DNA of 64,000 nt, from the IMG/VR virus record IMGVR_UViG_3300045988_173968, one strand, 5' to 3'. Below the pieces are notes generated by a model that saw only the letters and a list, made by a program, of their open reading frames with translations, was not told the origin of the DNA and made no database searches. Position numbers and translations under genes: made by a program. This DNA comes from a virus. The stretch's first letter is position 1, and each line of letters begins with the position of its first letter. Shown in pieces: positions 1-7,345 of this stretch.

Positions 1-89
1 CCTTTGTTATGTAAATTTAATTTTTAGGGACATAGTTGCGCCCCGCAGCGGTTAGCCACGGGGCTTGATTGTACTGTGCTGTTTACGGC

Positions 90-485
90 TTACTGGACAT
101 CGATGGCAGCCTGAACGGAAGCAACCTCAGCCTCGATCTCGGTGAGAGTAGTACCAAGAGTCTCCTCCAGAGCATTCATCTTCAGGATGATGGCACCGAA
201 CTTGTCCTCAGCGTAGGTTTTAGCCTCGGCGGCAGACATACCGGTGGGGATCATCTCGGTGTAGGTCGCGTAGCCATTCTCGTCGTGAGAAGCGCTTACG
301 AACACAACGCCATTCTTATTGGCGCTGGCAGTCTTAGTGCCAACATCAATGCTGAAAACGGGGTTCTTTTCTTTGTCGCGCAGAACCAGAGCATCGGGAC
401 GATACTTCTTAGTCTTACGCAGGGTCTCCAGCTTCAGGCCGGAAGTGAGTACGAGTGCGTCTCCATGGATAGTGATCTTAGTCAT
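90..485 (-). CDS. hypothetical protein (131 aa)
   Basis: ORF 90..515. Start refined to the ATG at 485, which is preceded by GAAAGGAG. TAA stop. Confidence 0.6.
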   Translation of the reverse strand: MTKITIHGDALVLTSGLKLETLRKTKKYRPDALVLRDKEKNPVFSIDVGTKTASANKNGVVFVSASHDENGYATYTEMIPTGMSAAEAKTYAEDKFGAIILKMNALEETLGTTLTEIEAEVASVQAAIDVQ

Positions 486-547
486 AGTTTGACTCCTTTC
501 GCCCATTTTGGGCATTAAAATTATTTATGTATAACCCTGTCTGGGTT

Positions 548-829
548 TTACAACGAAAGTATGTTCGAGAGCTGGTCAAAAAAATCTTCGTATGCAATTT
601 CAGGCTCTATGCAGTCAACATAAAAACGGCGGTTGATTTCCTTCGCTCCAGGGATATCACAACTCCATAAGCCTTCAAGATTGTGATTATCGAACATGAT
701 CGAAACACAATTCGACTTACATACTTCAACAACCTCACCAGCCTCTCCAATGAAATGACTTTCATCTAATCCGCTGTGTGGGTTTTTCTTAACAACAACC
801 ACTCTGTCGCCTACTTTGAATTTTGCCAT
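548..829 (-). CDS. small hypothetical protein (KFKVGDRVVVV, SH3-like beginning)
   Basis: ORF 548..835. The second ATG (829) has better spacing to GGAGGTG. ATGA overlap with the upstream gene. Confidence 0.55.
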   Translation of the reverse strand: MAKFKVGDRVVVVKKNPHSGLDESHFIGEAGEVVEVCKSNCVSIMFDNHNLEGLWSCDIPGAKEINRRFYVDCIEPEIAYEDFFDQLSNILSL

Positions 830-831
830 TA

Positions 832-1059
832 TCATTCACCTCCAAATAATTTTAGTAATTCTTTCTCGAATGTTGGTTGTTCTTCCTCTGGCAAAAGGAT
901 AAGTTCATCCTTTGCAATTTCGTCTGCGGTCGGCATATAACAGTCTGCAGAATATGCAAATGTCCCTTCACACCTATTCTTACACGCCAAGTAATCGCAA
1001 TTGTCAGGGTTGGCTGTTTCATTCTGACGGAATAGACAAAATTCATAAAAACAGTCCAT
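832..1059 (-). CDS. small Cys-rich protein ending FEKELLKLFGG-E
   Basis: ORF with GAGGAG RBS. C-terminal double-glycine tail shared with neighbouring genes. Confidence 0.6.
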   Translation of the reverse strand: MDCFYEFCLFRQNETANPDNCDYLACKNRCEGTFAYSADCYMPTADEIAKDELILLPEEEQPTFEKELLKLFGGE

Positions 1060-1193
1060 TACTCAAGCTCCTCTTTCATTTTTTCATACAATTCGCTAAA
1101 CCGCTTGCTCCACTTCCTTAGCCCGAAGAAAAAGCATACGCCCAGCACAATCCACAGACCGCTGGCGATGTTTATTAATAGATTATCCATCAT
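1059..1193 (-). CDS. 44-aa predicted membrane protein (MMDNLLINIASGLWIVLGVCFFFGL...)
   Basis: Manually translated; too short for the ORF track. Start and stop overlap the flanking genes (ATGATG / TAATG). One hydrophobic helix. Confidence 0.4.
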   Translation of the reverse strand: MMDNLLINIASGLWIVLGVCFFFGLRKWSKRFSELYEKMKEELE

Positions 1194-1537
1194 TCTACCT
1201 CCTGCATCCAAAATTTACGACGGCAATCAGAGCATATCCGGTTTGAACAATTTCCGTATCTATCCCGACAATCAGCAGAAATGAGTTTTGGGCATAGCAT
1301 CAAGCGCCCACATTTGTCAATTTCCGCCTCTGGATACTGTTCAAGAAACACGCTCTGCCTCGTCTTGCGTGGATGTGCAGCAGACCATTCCTCGACTATA
1401 GCAATCTGATCCGTAGCGTCCAGCGTTGATATGGTGGAAACCCCACAACCACCATTAGAAGCTGGGCACCCAGTACATTTATCACCAAAACTCTCGCACA
1501 TCCTGTTGCGTTCCTCAATAAATTTTACAACATCCAT
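1190..1537 (-). CDS. Cys-rich putative metal-binding protein (115 aa)
   Basis: ORF 1190..1567. Start refined to the ATG at 1537 after GGAGGA. Motifs CTGCP, CGxxxLC, CSDC. Confidence 0.6.
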   Translation of the reverse strand: MDVVKFIEERNRMCESFGDKCTGCPASNGGCGVSTISTLDATDQIAIVEEWSAAHPRKTRQSVFLEQYPEAEIDKCGRLMLCPKLISADCRDRYGNCSNRICSDCRRKFWMQEVE

Positions 1538-1675
1538 TGAATTTTCCTCCATTTGCACCCGTCGCACGCGCCATTATGTGCGTGTTTGTACTTCCCGCAG
1601 TATTGTCATAACTCGTTGATAAGCGCCTTGCGGTCTGACGCCAGCTACATTGAACTTTATCTCCCATAGAAAATT

Positions 1676-1981
1676 TCATTCGGTACTCCCTCCCAATAAT
1701 TTAAGAAGTTCGTCCTCAAAGGATTCTATTGGAGCAACTAACCGGATCTCATTTTCAAGAACCCAGCGGCAATTAGGATTATAAGCGTCAAGCTCCCAAG
1801 TGGACTCATAGGCATCCTCGAATGAGATGCAAAATTTTGCATTCAATATTCCATTAACATTTTCCGGTTCATTGAAATTAACATCAATAACAGTTCCAAC
1901 AGCGCCAATTAAATCGTCACACGCATAATCGTCGTATGCAATATTCTCAACAATTTCTACATTATCGCCTACTGAAAACAT
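1676..1981 (-). CDS. small hypothetical protein ending FEDELLKLLGG-STE
   Basis: ORF with AAGGAGG RBS. Carries the double-glycine tail. Confidence 0.65.
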   Translation of the reverse strand: MFSVGDNVEIVENIAYDDYACDDLIGAVGTVIDVNFNEPENVNGILNAKFCISFEDAYESTWELDAYNPNCRWVLENEIRLVAPIESFEDELLKLLGGSTE

Positions 1982-2079
1982 CTTCTTACCTCCTTTTCAA
2001 AAGTGGGGTTCTTCCCAGTCATGCACCCCTCGACTGCTTATTTGAAAGGAAAGGAGAAACACCATGAACAAGATGGTGT

Positions 2080-2129
2080 TGGGGGAAGGCTTGGGATTTG
2101 AACCCAACAATGCCTTTCGGCAACCTTCC
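2080..2129 (-). ncRNA. 50-nt tRNA-like minihelix: 7-bp acceptor stem, UGCC-GAAA-GGCA hairpin, canonical T arm, encoded CCA
   Basis: The reverse complement reads GGAAGGU-UGCCGAAAGGCA-UUG-UUGGG-UUCAAAU-CCCAA-GCCUUCC-C-CCA. There is no D arm or anticodon arm. Confidence 0.35.
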
Positions 2130-2246
2130 GTATAGAGGCGGCTGTTGCACGCTGCGCACACGCATCGAAACCGCTAATCAGGGACTGTGCAAGCACCATC
2201 CCTTGGAAGGCAAACCCTTTGACGCAACATTTAATTCTCACTTACT

Positions 2247-2333
2247 TGGCGGAGAGGATGGGATTCGAACCCATGGCTCTGACGAGTCACCGGTTTTCAA
2301 GACCGGCTCCTTAAACCGCTCGGACACCTCTCC
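2247..2333 (-). tRNA. tRNA-Ser (anticodon UGA), CCA encoded
   Basis: Hand-folded cloverleaf: acceptor GGAGAGG/CCUCUCC, anticodon loop CUUGAAA, long variable arm, T loop UUCGAAU. Confidence 0.9.
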
Positions 2334-2790
2334 AGGTCTAGCTGGTTTTCTTGTTTCTCTCAAACCAGCAAAGCATCTATCTACGCAAGTTCAAACCGTA
2401 GCCATTGGATGAACTTTTTCTCGACCCGCAGGGTTAGATGCTTTACCCCGCTTGAACATTTTCGCAGTCCCTAGCGCCTCACCACAAAGTCTTTACTCTG
2501 TGGAGAGGTCTGAGCGTTAGGCAAGCTGTGTACACTATTGGCCAATTTATGCCATGCAATTAGCACTCGCCCTGCGGAATCGTACCGCACCCTCATAAAC
2601 CGTACAGTATTAAGAATGGCCATTCCTACCCTCGGTGGTTTATGATTCGAACCTCGCTTTGCTGTACTGATGTAGTAATACGACTCGTGCCATCCAGCAG
2701 TTCACACGAGAAGTGTGGGTTGAAGATTTTTAATCGACCTTTTAGCTAGCTCTCACTTCTTGGATTAGCGCGACCCACAAATTGATATTT

Positions 2791-2859
2791 TGGTTTCGGG
2801 TGGACTTGAACCACCGACGCACTGGCTCCCAGCTGCTCTACCTCCTGAGCTACGAAACC
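2791..2859 (-). pseudogene. tRNA-like gene with a 3-nt (GAG) anticodon loop; 69 nt, no encoded CCA
   Basis: Acceptor GGUUUCG/CGAAACC, D arm GCUC/GAGC and T arm GGUGG-UUCAAGU-CCACC are all intact. The anticodon stem GCUGG/CCAGU closes only 3 nt. Confidence 0.5.
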
Positions 2860-2974
2860 ATATTTAATTGGACAGTCTTTCTGAATCTAGTGTGCGCATT
2901 GCGCCTTCATCTCTCTCCGCAACTGTCCGGGATGCGTCAAATCCATCCGCGTGGCTGTCCCGGGAACAGCTAAT

Positions 2975-3050
2975 TGGTACGCCATCAGGGATTCGAACCC
3001 CGAACTAGCCGGATATAAGCCGGATACTCTGACCGTTGAGTTAATGGCGC
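2975..3050 (-). tRNA. tRNA-Ile (anticodon UAU), CCA encoded
   Basis: Hand-folded. Anticodon loop CUUAUAU, T loop UUCGAAU, G1-U72 wobble, and one mismatch at the base of the anticodon stem. Confidence 0.75.
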
Positions 3051-3076
3051 ATTTAAGCAGGCAAGCCTTGGCACCT

Positions 3077-3589
3077 CTAAACGAGGTGCCGCCTGTTGGT
3101 TCGATATGTATTGATTTCTTCTTGAAGCTCGTCCATGATGTCGGTAAGGATCTCCACATAGTTTTCATCTTGGCAGTAGCGATAAGCCACATCTTCAAGT
3201 TTCGAACCTGTGTACTTCCAGGAATCTGGATTGTTGTATTCCAACAGCCCTTCCGCAATGAACCAGATACATTCTTCAACGGAGTCGAACGACCGGAAAC
3301 TGCCATCATATTGACGCCAACCTCCGATGTTATTTTTCTCCTTGAAGTAGGTTGATGTTCCCCATCCGCTCTCCAATCCGAATTTTGCAAGTAAGTACAG
3401 CGGGTTTATTCCGTAATACTTCCCTGTTTCGAGGATTGTCCAAGCATATGGGGACAGCCCTTCTCGAAGATTTGTCAGTACATACTCGAATTCTTCCAAT
3501 GTGTAGTCCGTTTCATCGGTAAAGACTTCGTACCCATACGCCGGAACTACTATCAGAAGCGCTAAGAGGATTGCAATGATTTTACGCAT
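3077..3589 (-). CDS. secreted peptidoglycan hydrolase (N-acetylglucosaminidase-type domain)
   Basis: Signal peptide MRKIIAILLALLIVVPAYG. Motif LAKFGLESGWGTS...NNIGG is typical of the glucosaminidase (FlgJ/LytD-like) domain. AGGAGG RBS. Stop codon is TAG. Confidence 0.75.
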   Translation of the reverse strand: MRKIIAILLALLIVVPAYGYEVFTDETDYTLEEFEYVLTNLREGLSPYAWTILETGKYYGINPLYLLAKFGLESGWGTSTYFKEKNNIGGWRQYDGSFRSFDSVEECIWFIAEGLLEYNNPDSWKYTGSKLEDVAYRYCQDENYVEILTDIMDELQEEINTYRTNRRHLV

Positions 3590-3621
3590 TTAATACCTCC
3601 TGAATTTTTGCCCTTGCGGGC

Positions 3622-3698
3622 TGGTCGGGATGACAGGATTTGAACCTGCGACCTCGTACTCCCAAGGCACGCGCTCTACCAAGCTGAGCCACATCCCG
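3622..3698 (-). tRNA. tRNA-Pro (anticodon UGG), CCA encoded
   Basis: Hand-folded: CGGGAUG acceptor, anticodon loop CUUGGGA, T loop UUCAAAU. Confidence 0.9.
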
Positions 3699-3869
3699 AT
3701 AAAGAAAGAGCCTGCGGTTTTTCTACGCCACAGGCTCTTCCACAGAAAGGGGGCGATGCACATCCCTGCATCTGGGGCTCTTTTTCCGGCTTGCATTTCG
3801 CAAGTCGCCTCTCGCACGAGCAGTGCTAAGGTTATCTCGAAAGGAGGTGCGGGGGAATGACGACCCCCG

Positions 3870-3956
3870 TGGTGCCGCTGGCGGGATTTGAACCCGCACG
3901 ATGTTTCCATCGAGGGATTTTAAGTCCCTTTCGTCTGCCAATTCCGTCACAGCGGC
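3870..3956 (-). tRNA. tRNA-Leu (anticodon UAA), CCA encoded
   Basis: Hand-folded: anticodon arm AGGGA-CUUAAAA-UCCCU, long variable arm CGAUGGAAACAUCG, T loop UUCAAAU. Confidence 0.9.
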
Positions 3957-3959
3957 ATT

Positions 3960-4424
3960 TTAATCATCTCTTCTTGCGCACTTCCCATCAACAAAGTGAT
4001 AATCTCCAGCATATGCACAATCAGCACAATCGTTTGTCTCGTCACCGCCGAGAGGGCAAAGAAGATTCATAAGCTCATCCTCGAAATAGAATTTTTGTTT
4101 TAACTCCGGTCGATATTTCATAATGAAATCATCAACAGGGATTACATACCATCCATCGTAAAGTTCAGTTTTCTGATAATATTCCAAGTAACAAAACGAA
4201 CCCCACTTAAGGCTTCCATTTTGCATCACAAGGATAGCAACTGTATCACTGCTCATTCGACCGAATTGCTTCCCTATTGCCTCAATGTCACTCTTTGGGA
4301 AAACTCTGACTTCATGATCTTCAGACCAGTCATCTGGGCTCAAAACTCCGTCGAAGATTTCTACAAATTCCTCAACCGTAGTCTCTCGATTAAAGTAGAC
4401 GAGGAGCTTCTTTTCAATTTCCAT
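3960..4424 (-). CDS. paralog family protein; FEDELMNLLCPLGG motif followed by a 27-aa Cys-containing extension
   Basis: ORF with TAGGAGG RBS. The N-terminal domain resembles the next two genes. Confidence 0.65.
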   Translation of the reverse strand: MEIEKKLLVYFNRETTVEEFVEIFDGVLSPDDWSEDHEVRVFPKSDIEAIGKQFGRMSSDTVAILVMQNGSLKWGSFCYLEYYQKTELYDGWYVIPVDDFIMKYRPELKQKFYFEDELMNLLCPLGGDETNDCADCAYAGDYHFVDGKCARRDD

Positions 4425-4425
4425 T

Positions 4426-4788
4426 TCATCCTCCTATCAGTGCCATTAGTTCATCCTCAAAGATTATTGGTTCCCGTAGGTCGGGGCGAAAAACATCAAT
4501 GAATTCATCGATAGTATAGACAGGCGCTCTTTCATAGCCGTGCTCCTTATACCAAGACAGAGAGCAATAACCTTCCCATTTGATGGGATCATCATCTGAA
4601 ACAATAAGAGATATAGTATCATCCTCTCTTCCAGAATCAAGAATATTTCGAGCCACTACGGAATGTATATCGACTGCGAAGAACTTTTTCGTGCCATTTC
4701 TATCATAAACTTCTGACATCGCATCGAAGAATTCCGATTCTGTCATCTGTCTATCGAAGTGAACGAGAATTAACCCAGTTTTATCCAT
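4426..4788 (-). CDS. paralog family protein ending FEDELMALIGG
   Basis: ORF with TTAGGAGGG RBS. The protein ends exactly at GG. Confidence 0.65.
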   Translation of the reverse strand: MDKTGLILVHFDRQMTESEFFDAMSEVYDRNGTKKFFAVDIHSVVARNILDSGREDDTISLIVSDDDPIKWEGYCSLSWYKEHGYERAPVYTIDEFIDVFRPDLREPIIFEDELMALIGG

Positions 4789-4789
4789 T

Positions 4790-5110
4790 TTACCCTCCTA
4801 ATAGTTGCATCAGCTCGTCCTCGAATGGCTCAGACTCTTTAATGCCAAGAAGCTCAAGGAACTGATCAAGGTTGATTTCAGTGTAACCTGATATATAATG
4901 GCTTCCCTGTGGAGTATGATAAAATTCATAGTTGGCATATCCAAGACATTTGAAATTACCATTAAACCGAAGCCCTACGCCTCTTTTAAACTTTGCTACA
5001 ACATAATCATTACTACTAAAGAGAGATCTGTCTATTTTTACACCAGCAAACATTATTTCGTCTATAAGGTTCTCGTCGAGAGCCTCGTGCAAGACCAAAA
5101 GATATTTCAT
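4790..5110 (-). CDS. paralog family protein ending FEDELMQLLGG
   Basis: ORF 4790..5140. Start refined to MKYLLVL (ATGA overlap with the upstream gene). Confidence 0.6.
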   Translation of the reverse strand: MKYLLVLHEALDENLIDEIMFAGVKIDRSLFSSNDYVVAKFKRGVGLRFNGNFKCLGYANYEFYHTPQGSHYISGYTEINLDQFLELLGIKESEPFEDELMQLLGG

Positions 5111-5301
5111 CCCAACCCCTCCATGATAATCCGCCTGCAAATCTGATCGACTTCAATTTCGGAATTGCAAGCGTACAGTTTCTCTTTGTCTTTCTTTTTG
5201 AGTTTAATGCGGAAGTCCTTGATCATTTCGAGCTTTTTTTCTATGTACTTCTCCTTATCGGAAGTGATTTTTATGACCTTGAAATGCACCTTTAATTGCA
5301 C
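5107..5301 (-). CDS. small Lys-rich hypothetical protein
   Basis: ORF from the track. Start is uncertain (GTG at 5301 or 5289). Overlaps the 3' end of the next small ORF. Confidence 0.35.
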   Translation of the reverse strand: MQLKVHFKVIKITSDKEKYIEKKLEMIKDFRIKLKKKDKEKLYACNSEIEVDQICRRIIMEGLG

Positions 5302-5383
5302 CTCCTATGCAGGTAATGATGATTGTTGCCATTAAGACAATCAGCGGAGAAGCCGCGATTAGAATTACATCAGTCATCGGCAT
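5255..5383 (-). CDS. small membrane protein (MPMTDVILIAASPLIVLMATIIITCIGG...)
   Basis: Internal ATG of ORF 5255..5479, preceded by GAGGAAATGGGG. One hydrophobic helix. Confidence 0.35.
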   Translation of the reverse strand: MPMTDVILIAASPLIVLMATIIITCIGGAIKGAFQGHKNHFR

Positions 5384-5510
5384 ACCCCATTTCCTCAAGG
5401 TCTTTGCGGGCTTCTTTGGTATCATCGGCGCTGAAAAGGAACACGCCGTCGCCGTACACTTCCACATGCCCTTGAACATATTTCATTGTGATGCTCATCG
5501 CAAAGCCTCC

Positions 5511-5810
5511 TTATTCAAATGTGTAGCCCCATCCCGCAAGATTGAGAAATCCATCGTGAGGATTTTCAAATACATCAAGCTTAACCGGCTGTTGACACAG
5601 GAATGTGCCTGCATGATTAACAAATACTCTCTTTTCGAGTGTGCAGAAGTCGCCCTCATCTCCATGCCGTATATCATACGCATACCAGCCATCTGGAACT
5701 GTGTTTTTATCTACACGGCAGTTTGTGAAGAAGCCTCTTACCTCACGCTCTGTGTCCGGCGCTACTACAAAGGCTTGGTTTTCCTCCAGCGCCTCTTGAA
5801 ATGTGATCAT
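5511..5810 (-). CDS. hypothetical protein (99 aa; DGWYAYDIRHGDEGD motif)
   Basis: ORF with GGGAGGA RBS. Confidence 0.6.
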   Translation of the reverse strand: MITFQEALEENQAFVVAPDTEREVRGFFTNCRVDKNTVPDGWYAYDIRHGDEGDFCTLEKRVFVNHAGTFLCQQPVKLDVFENPHDGFLNLAGWGYTFE

Positions 5811-5813
5811 TTT

Positions 5814-6008
5814 TTAGTCCTCCCAGTTGTCCAAGAATGTTTCCCCGTCAATGAAATACCACTCATCGGCAACAAGAATATCTTCTTCATCGACGCCGTT
5901 TTCTATGAGAGATCGAACTCGAGCTGTCGCTTTTTCGGTGAATTCCACCCGTTCTACCCGGAGGTGGTTATCCTCCGGGTCTGGGTAGATGATGTAGTAG
6001 GTGTACAT
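5814..6008 (-). CDS. hypothetical acidic protein (64 aa)
   Basis: ORF from the track. TAATG overlap with the upstream gene. Confidence 0.5.
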   Translation of the reverse strand: MYTYYIIYPDPEDNHLRVERVEFTEKATARVRSLIENGVDEEDILVADEWYFIDGETFLDNWED

Positions 6009-6235
6009 TACGCTTTCATCACCGCCTTAAACATGTAAGGGGTGCGCTCTCCGAGCAGACCACGATAGTCGCTCTCCTTATAGACACCATTCTCCCATTT
6101 TTCCTCACGCTGCTTGCGCTCGGCTTCGGTGAAAGGGGTCATGTTCAGACCGTAGCAGAACTTGCTGTTGTTGCCGGCAGCTTTTTCTGCCTTTTCCTTA
6201 AGGATAATTTCTGCGTTGCGGGTTCTCTTTTCCAT
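6008..6235 (-). CDS. hypothetical protein (75 aa)
   Basis: ORF 6008..6250. Start refined to MEKRTRN, after GGAGGT. Confidence 0.5.
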   Translation of the reverse strand: MEKRTRNAEIILKEKAEKAAGNNSKFCYGLNMTPFTEAERKQREEKWENGVYKESDYRGLLGERTPYMFKAVMKA

Positions 6236-6558
6236 TATGCGTACCTCCATGTGTTCAAAAAATGTGTGTATTTCTCGATGAGATCATCGGGAATGCTTAC
6301 GAAATCTTCTTCGCCCAGCCCACAGATAAAGACCGAACCGAAGATGATGTCCTTTACTGCTCCGGCTTCATCAGCCATCATCAGGCAGGCTTTGCTGCCA
6401 TCGAATTTTCCCTCCTCATTGCAGATGAGTGCAACGGGGTCGTCAAACGGGAATATTGCCTCTATGGGGCCTTTTACGATTTCCTGCATAGATTTGAGGC
6501 TGCCGTCGACCTCAACGATCTGGGGCTTTCTATGCGGCTCTAACGCAAGAATTTTCAC
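6235..6558 (-). CDS. hypothetical protein (107 aa), resembles the DUF3846-type proteins of phages and conjugative elements
   Basis: GTG start after GAGGAGGAG. Family assignment is from memory of the motif pattern only. Confidence 0.55.
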   Translation of the reverse strand: MKILALEPHRKPQIVEVDGSLKSMQEIVKGPIEAIFPFDDPVALICNEEGKFDGSKACLMMADEAGAVKDIIFGSVFICGLGEEDFVSIPDDLIEKYTHFLNTWRYA

Positions 6559-6562
6559 CCTA

Positions 6563-6811
6563 TCACTCCTCCTCTCGGAGATACAGGACTTCTCCGGTAC
6601 TGTTGTCCGTGAGGGCGTTCAATCCTTTAATCGGGACAATGACTTTACAGCCGGCAAGGTTGATGTATGCGGCGTTTACCTTGCCCTCGTCGGATTTCTT
6701 GATGAGCATGAGCATCGGCTCACTCAGCACAACCACACAGCCGTGGTAACAAGCTGTGATGCCATTGGGAAGAATGTGGATACCGGTCTGTACGAATTCA
6801 TTGATTGTCAT
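6563..6811 (-). CDS. hypothetical protein (82 aa)
   Basis: ORF with GAAAGGAG RBS. Confidence 0.55.
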   Translation of the reverse strand: MTINEFVQTGIHILPNGITACYHGCVVVLSEPMLMLIKKSDEGKVNAAYINLAGCKVIVPIKGLNALTDNSTGEVLYLREEE

Positions 6812-6908
6812 TTTTGCTTACTCCTTTCAGTCTCTGCGCTCAAGGCGCTTTTCGCTTATTATTTTCTCGCTTATTCGGGCTTCGCCCTCATTGCGTTCGA
6901 GATGTATC

Positions 6909-6931
6909 AAAAAAGCACCCTTTGTGGGTGC
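6909..6931 (-). terminator. rho-independent terminator
   Basis: The minus strand reads GCACCC-ACAAA-GGGUGC followed by UUUUUU, directly after gene 6950..7201. Confidence 0.7.
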
Positions 6932-6949
6932 TAATTTTGCATTTGATTT

Positions 6950-7201
6950 TTACGCCTCAACGACAGTCCAGCTTTTGCCGGAAGCCGTATCGACCACTTT
7001 TTTGATTTTTCTTGCGTTAAACACGGATACCGCCCCATCATCAAAAGTGAACGCAACCGCATTTGCGGAGCTGCTGAAGCTGAACCGCTTTACGGTTGAA
7101 AATTCTTTTGTCTTTTTAGTACAGTCGGTCAGGACGATACCTTTTGCCATAGGCGCATCAAGTCCTCCAAGGATTGCGCCGTAATCAGTTTTTAGGAACA
7201 T
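6950..7201 (-). CDS. hypothetical protein (83 aa)
   Basis: ORF with TTAGGAGGAG RBS. Confidence 0.55.
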   Translation of the reverse strand: MFLKTDYGAILGGLDAPMAKGIVLTDCTKKTKEFSTVKRFSFSSSANAVAFTFDDGAVSVFNARKIKKVVDTASGKSWTVVEA

Positions 7202-7225
7202 TTTTGCTCACTCCTCCTAAATGCT

Positions 7226-7345
7226 TCAGCCAAAAGCGGCGAACATTACGAACACAAATCCCCAGAAGAAAGCCCCTCCGAGGATCACTCCAAGGACGAT
7301 TTTTACCCAGTCCATCAGGGTAAAATCCTTTGTTGCTTCAAGCAT
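7226..7345 (-). CDS. 39-aa membrane protein (MLEATKDFTLMDWVKIVLGVILGGAFFWGFVFVMFAAFG)
   Basis: Manually translated. Strong GGAGGT RBS. Confidence 0.4.
   Translation of the reverse strand: MLEATKDFTLMDWVKIVLGVILGGAFFWGFVFVMFAAFG

Noticed and set aside
41-66. Terminator after gene 90..485
   Set aside because: The GCCCCG...CGGGGC hairpin has a 13-nt loop and no U tract on the minus strand, so it is too weak to call.
2080-2215. tmRNA or permuted tmRNA as the identity of the tRNA-like minihelix
   Set aside because: The third acceptor pair is A-U rather than the G-U needed for alanylation, and the discriminator is C. No tag-peptide reading frame ending in a hydrophobic tail plus stop was seen nearby.
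2038-3950. Track ORFs overlapping the tRNA cluster (2038..2241, 2098..2412, 2782..2973, 2887..3390, 2951..3355, 3590..3910, 3630..3860, 3723..3950, 3857..4072)
   Set aside because: They run across hand-folded tRNA genes or antisense to the glucosaminidase gene, and none has an RBS.
2000-4000. Suppressor tRNA (anticodon CUA) expected from the TAG recoding
   Set aside because: I inspected every T-loop-like site (2091, 2261, 2640, 2802, 2988, 3634, 3885) and every TAG in the spacers. None gives a U-CUA-R anticodon loop on a 5-bp stem. The suppressor, if phage-encoded, must lie outside this window.
5307-6038. 243-aa plus-strand ORF, plus 6251..6934 and 7800..8567 on the plus strand
   Set aside because: They are antisense to a chain of RBS-linked, translationally coupled minus-strand genes. 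Their composition is hydrophobic nonsense and they have no RBS.
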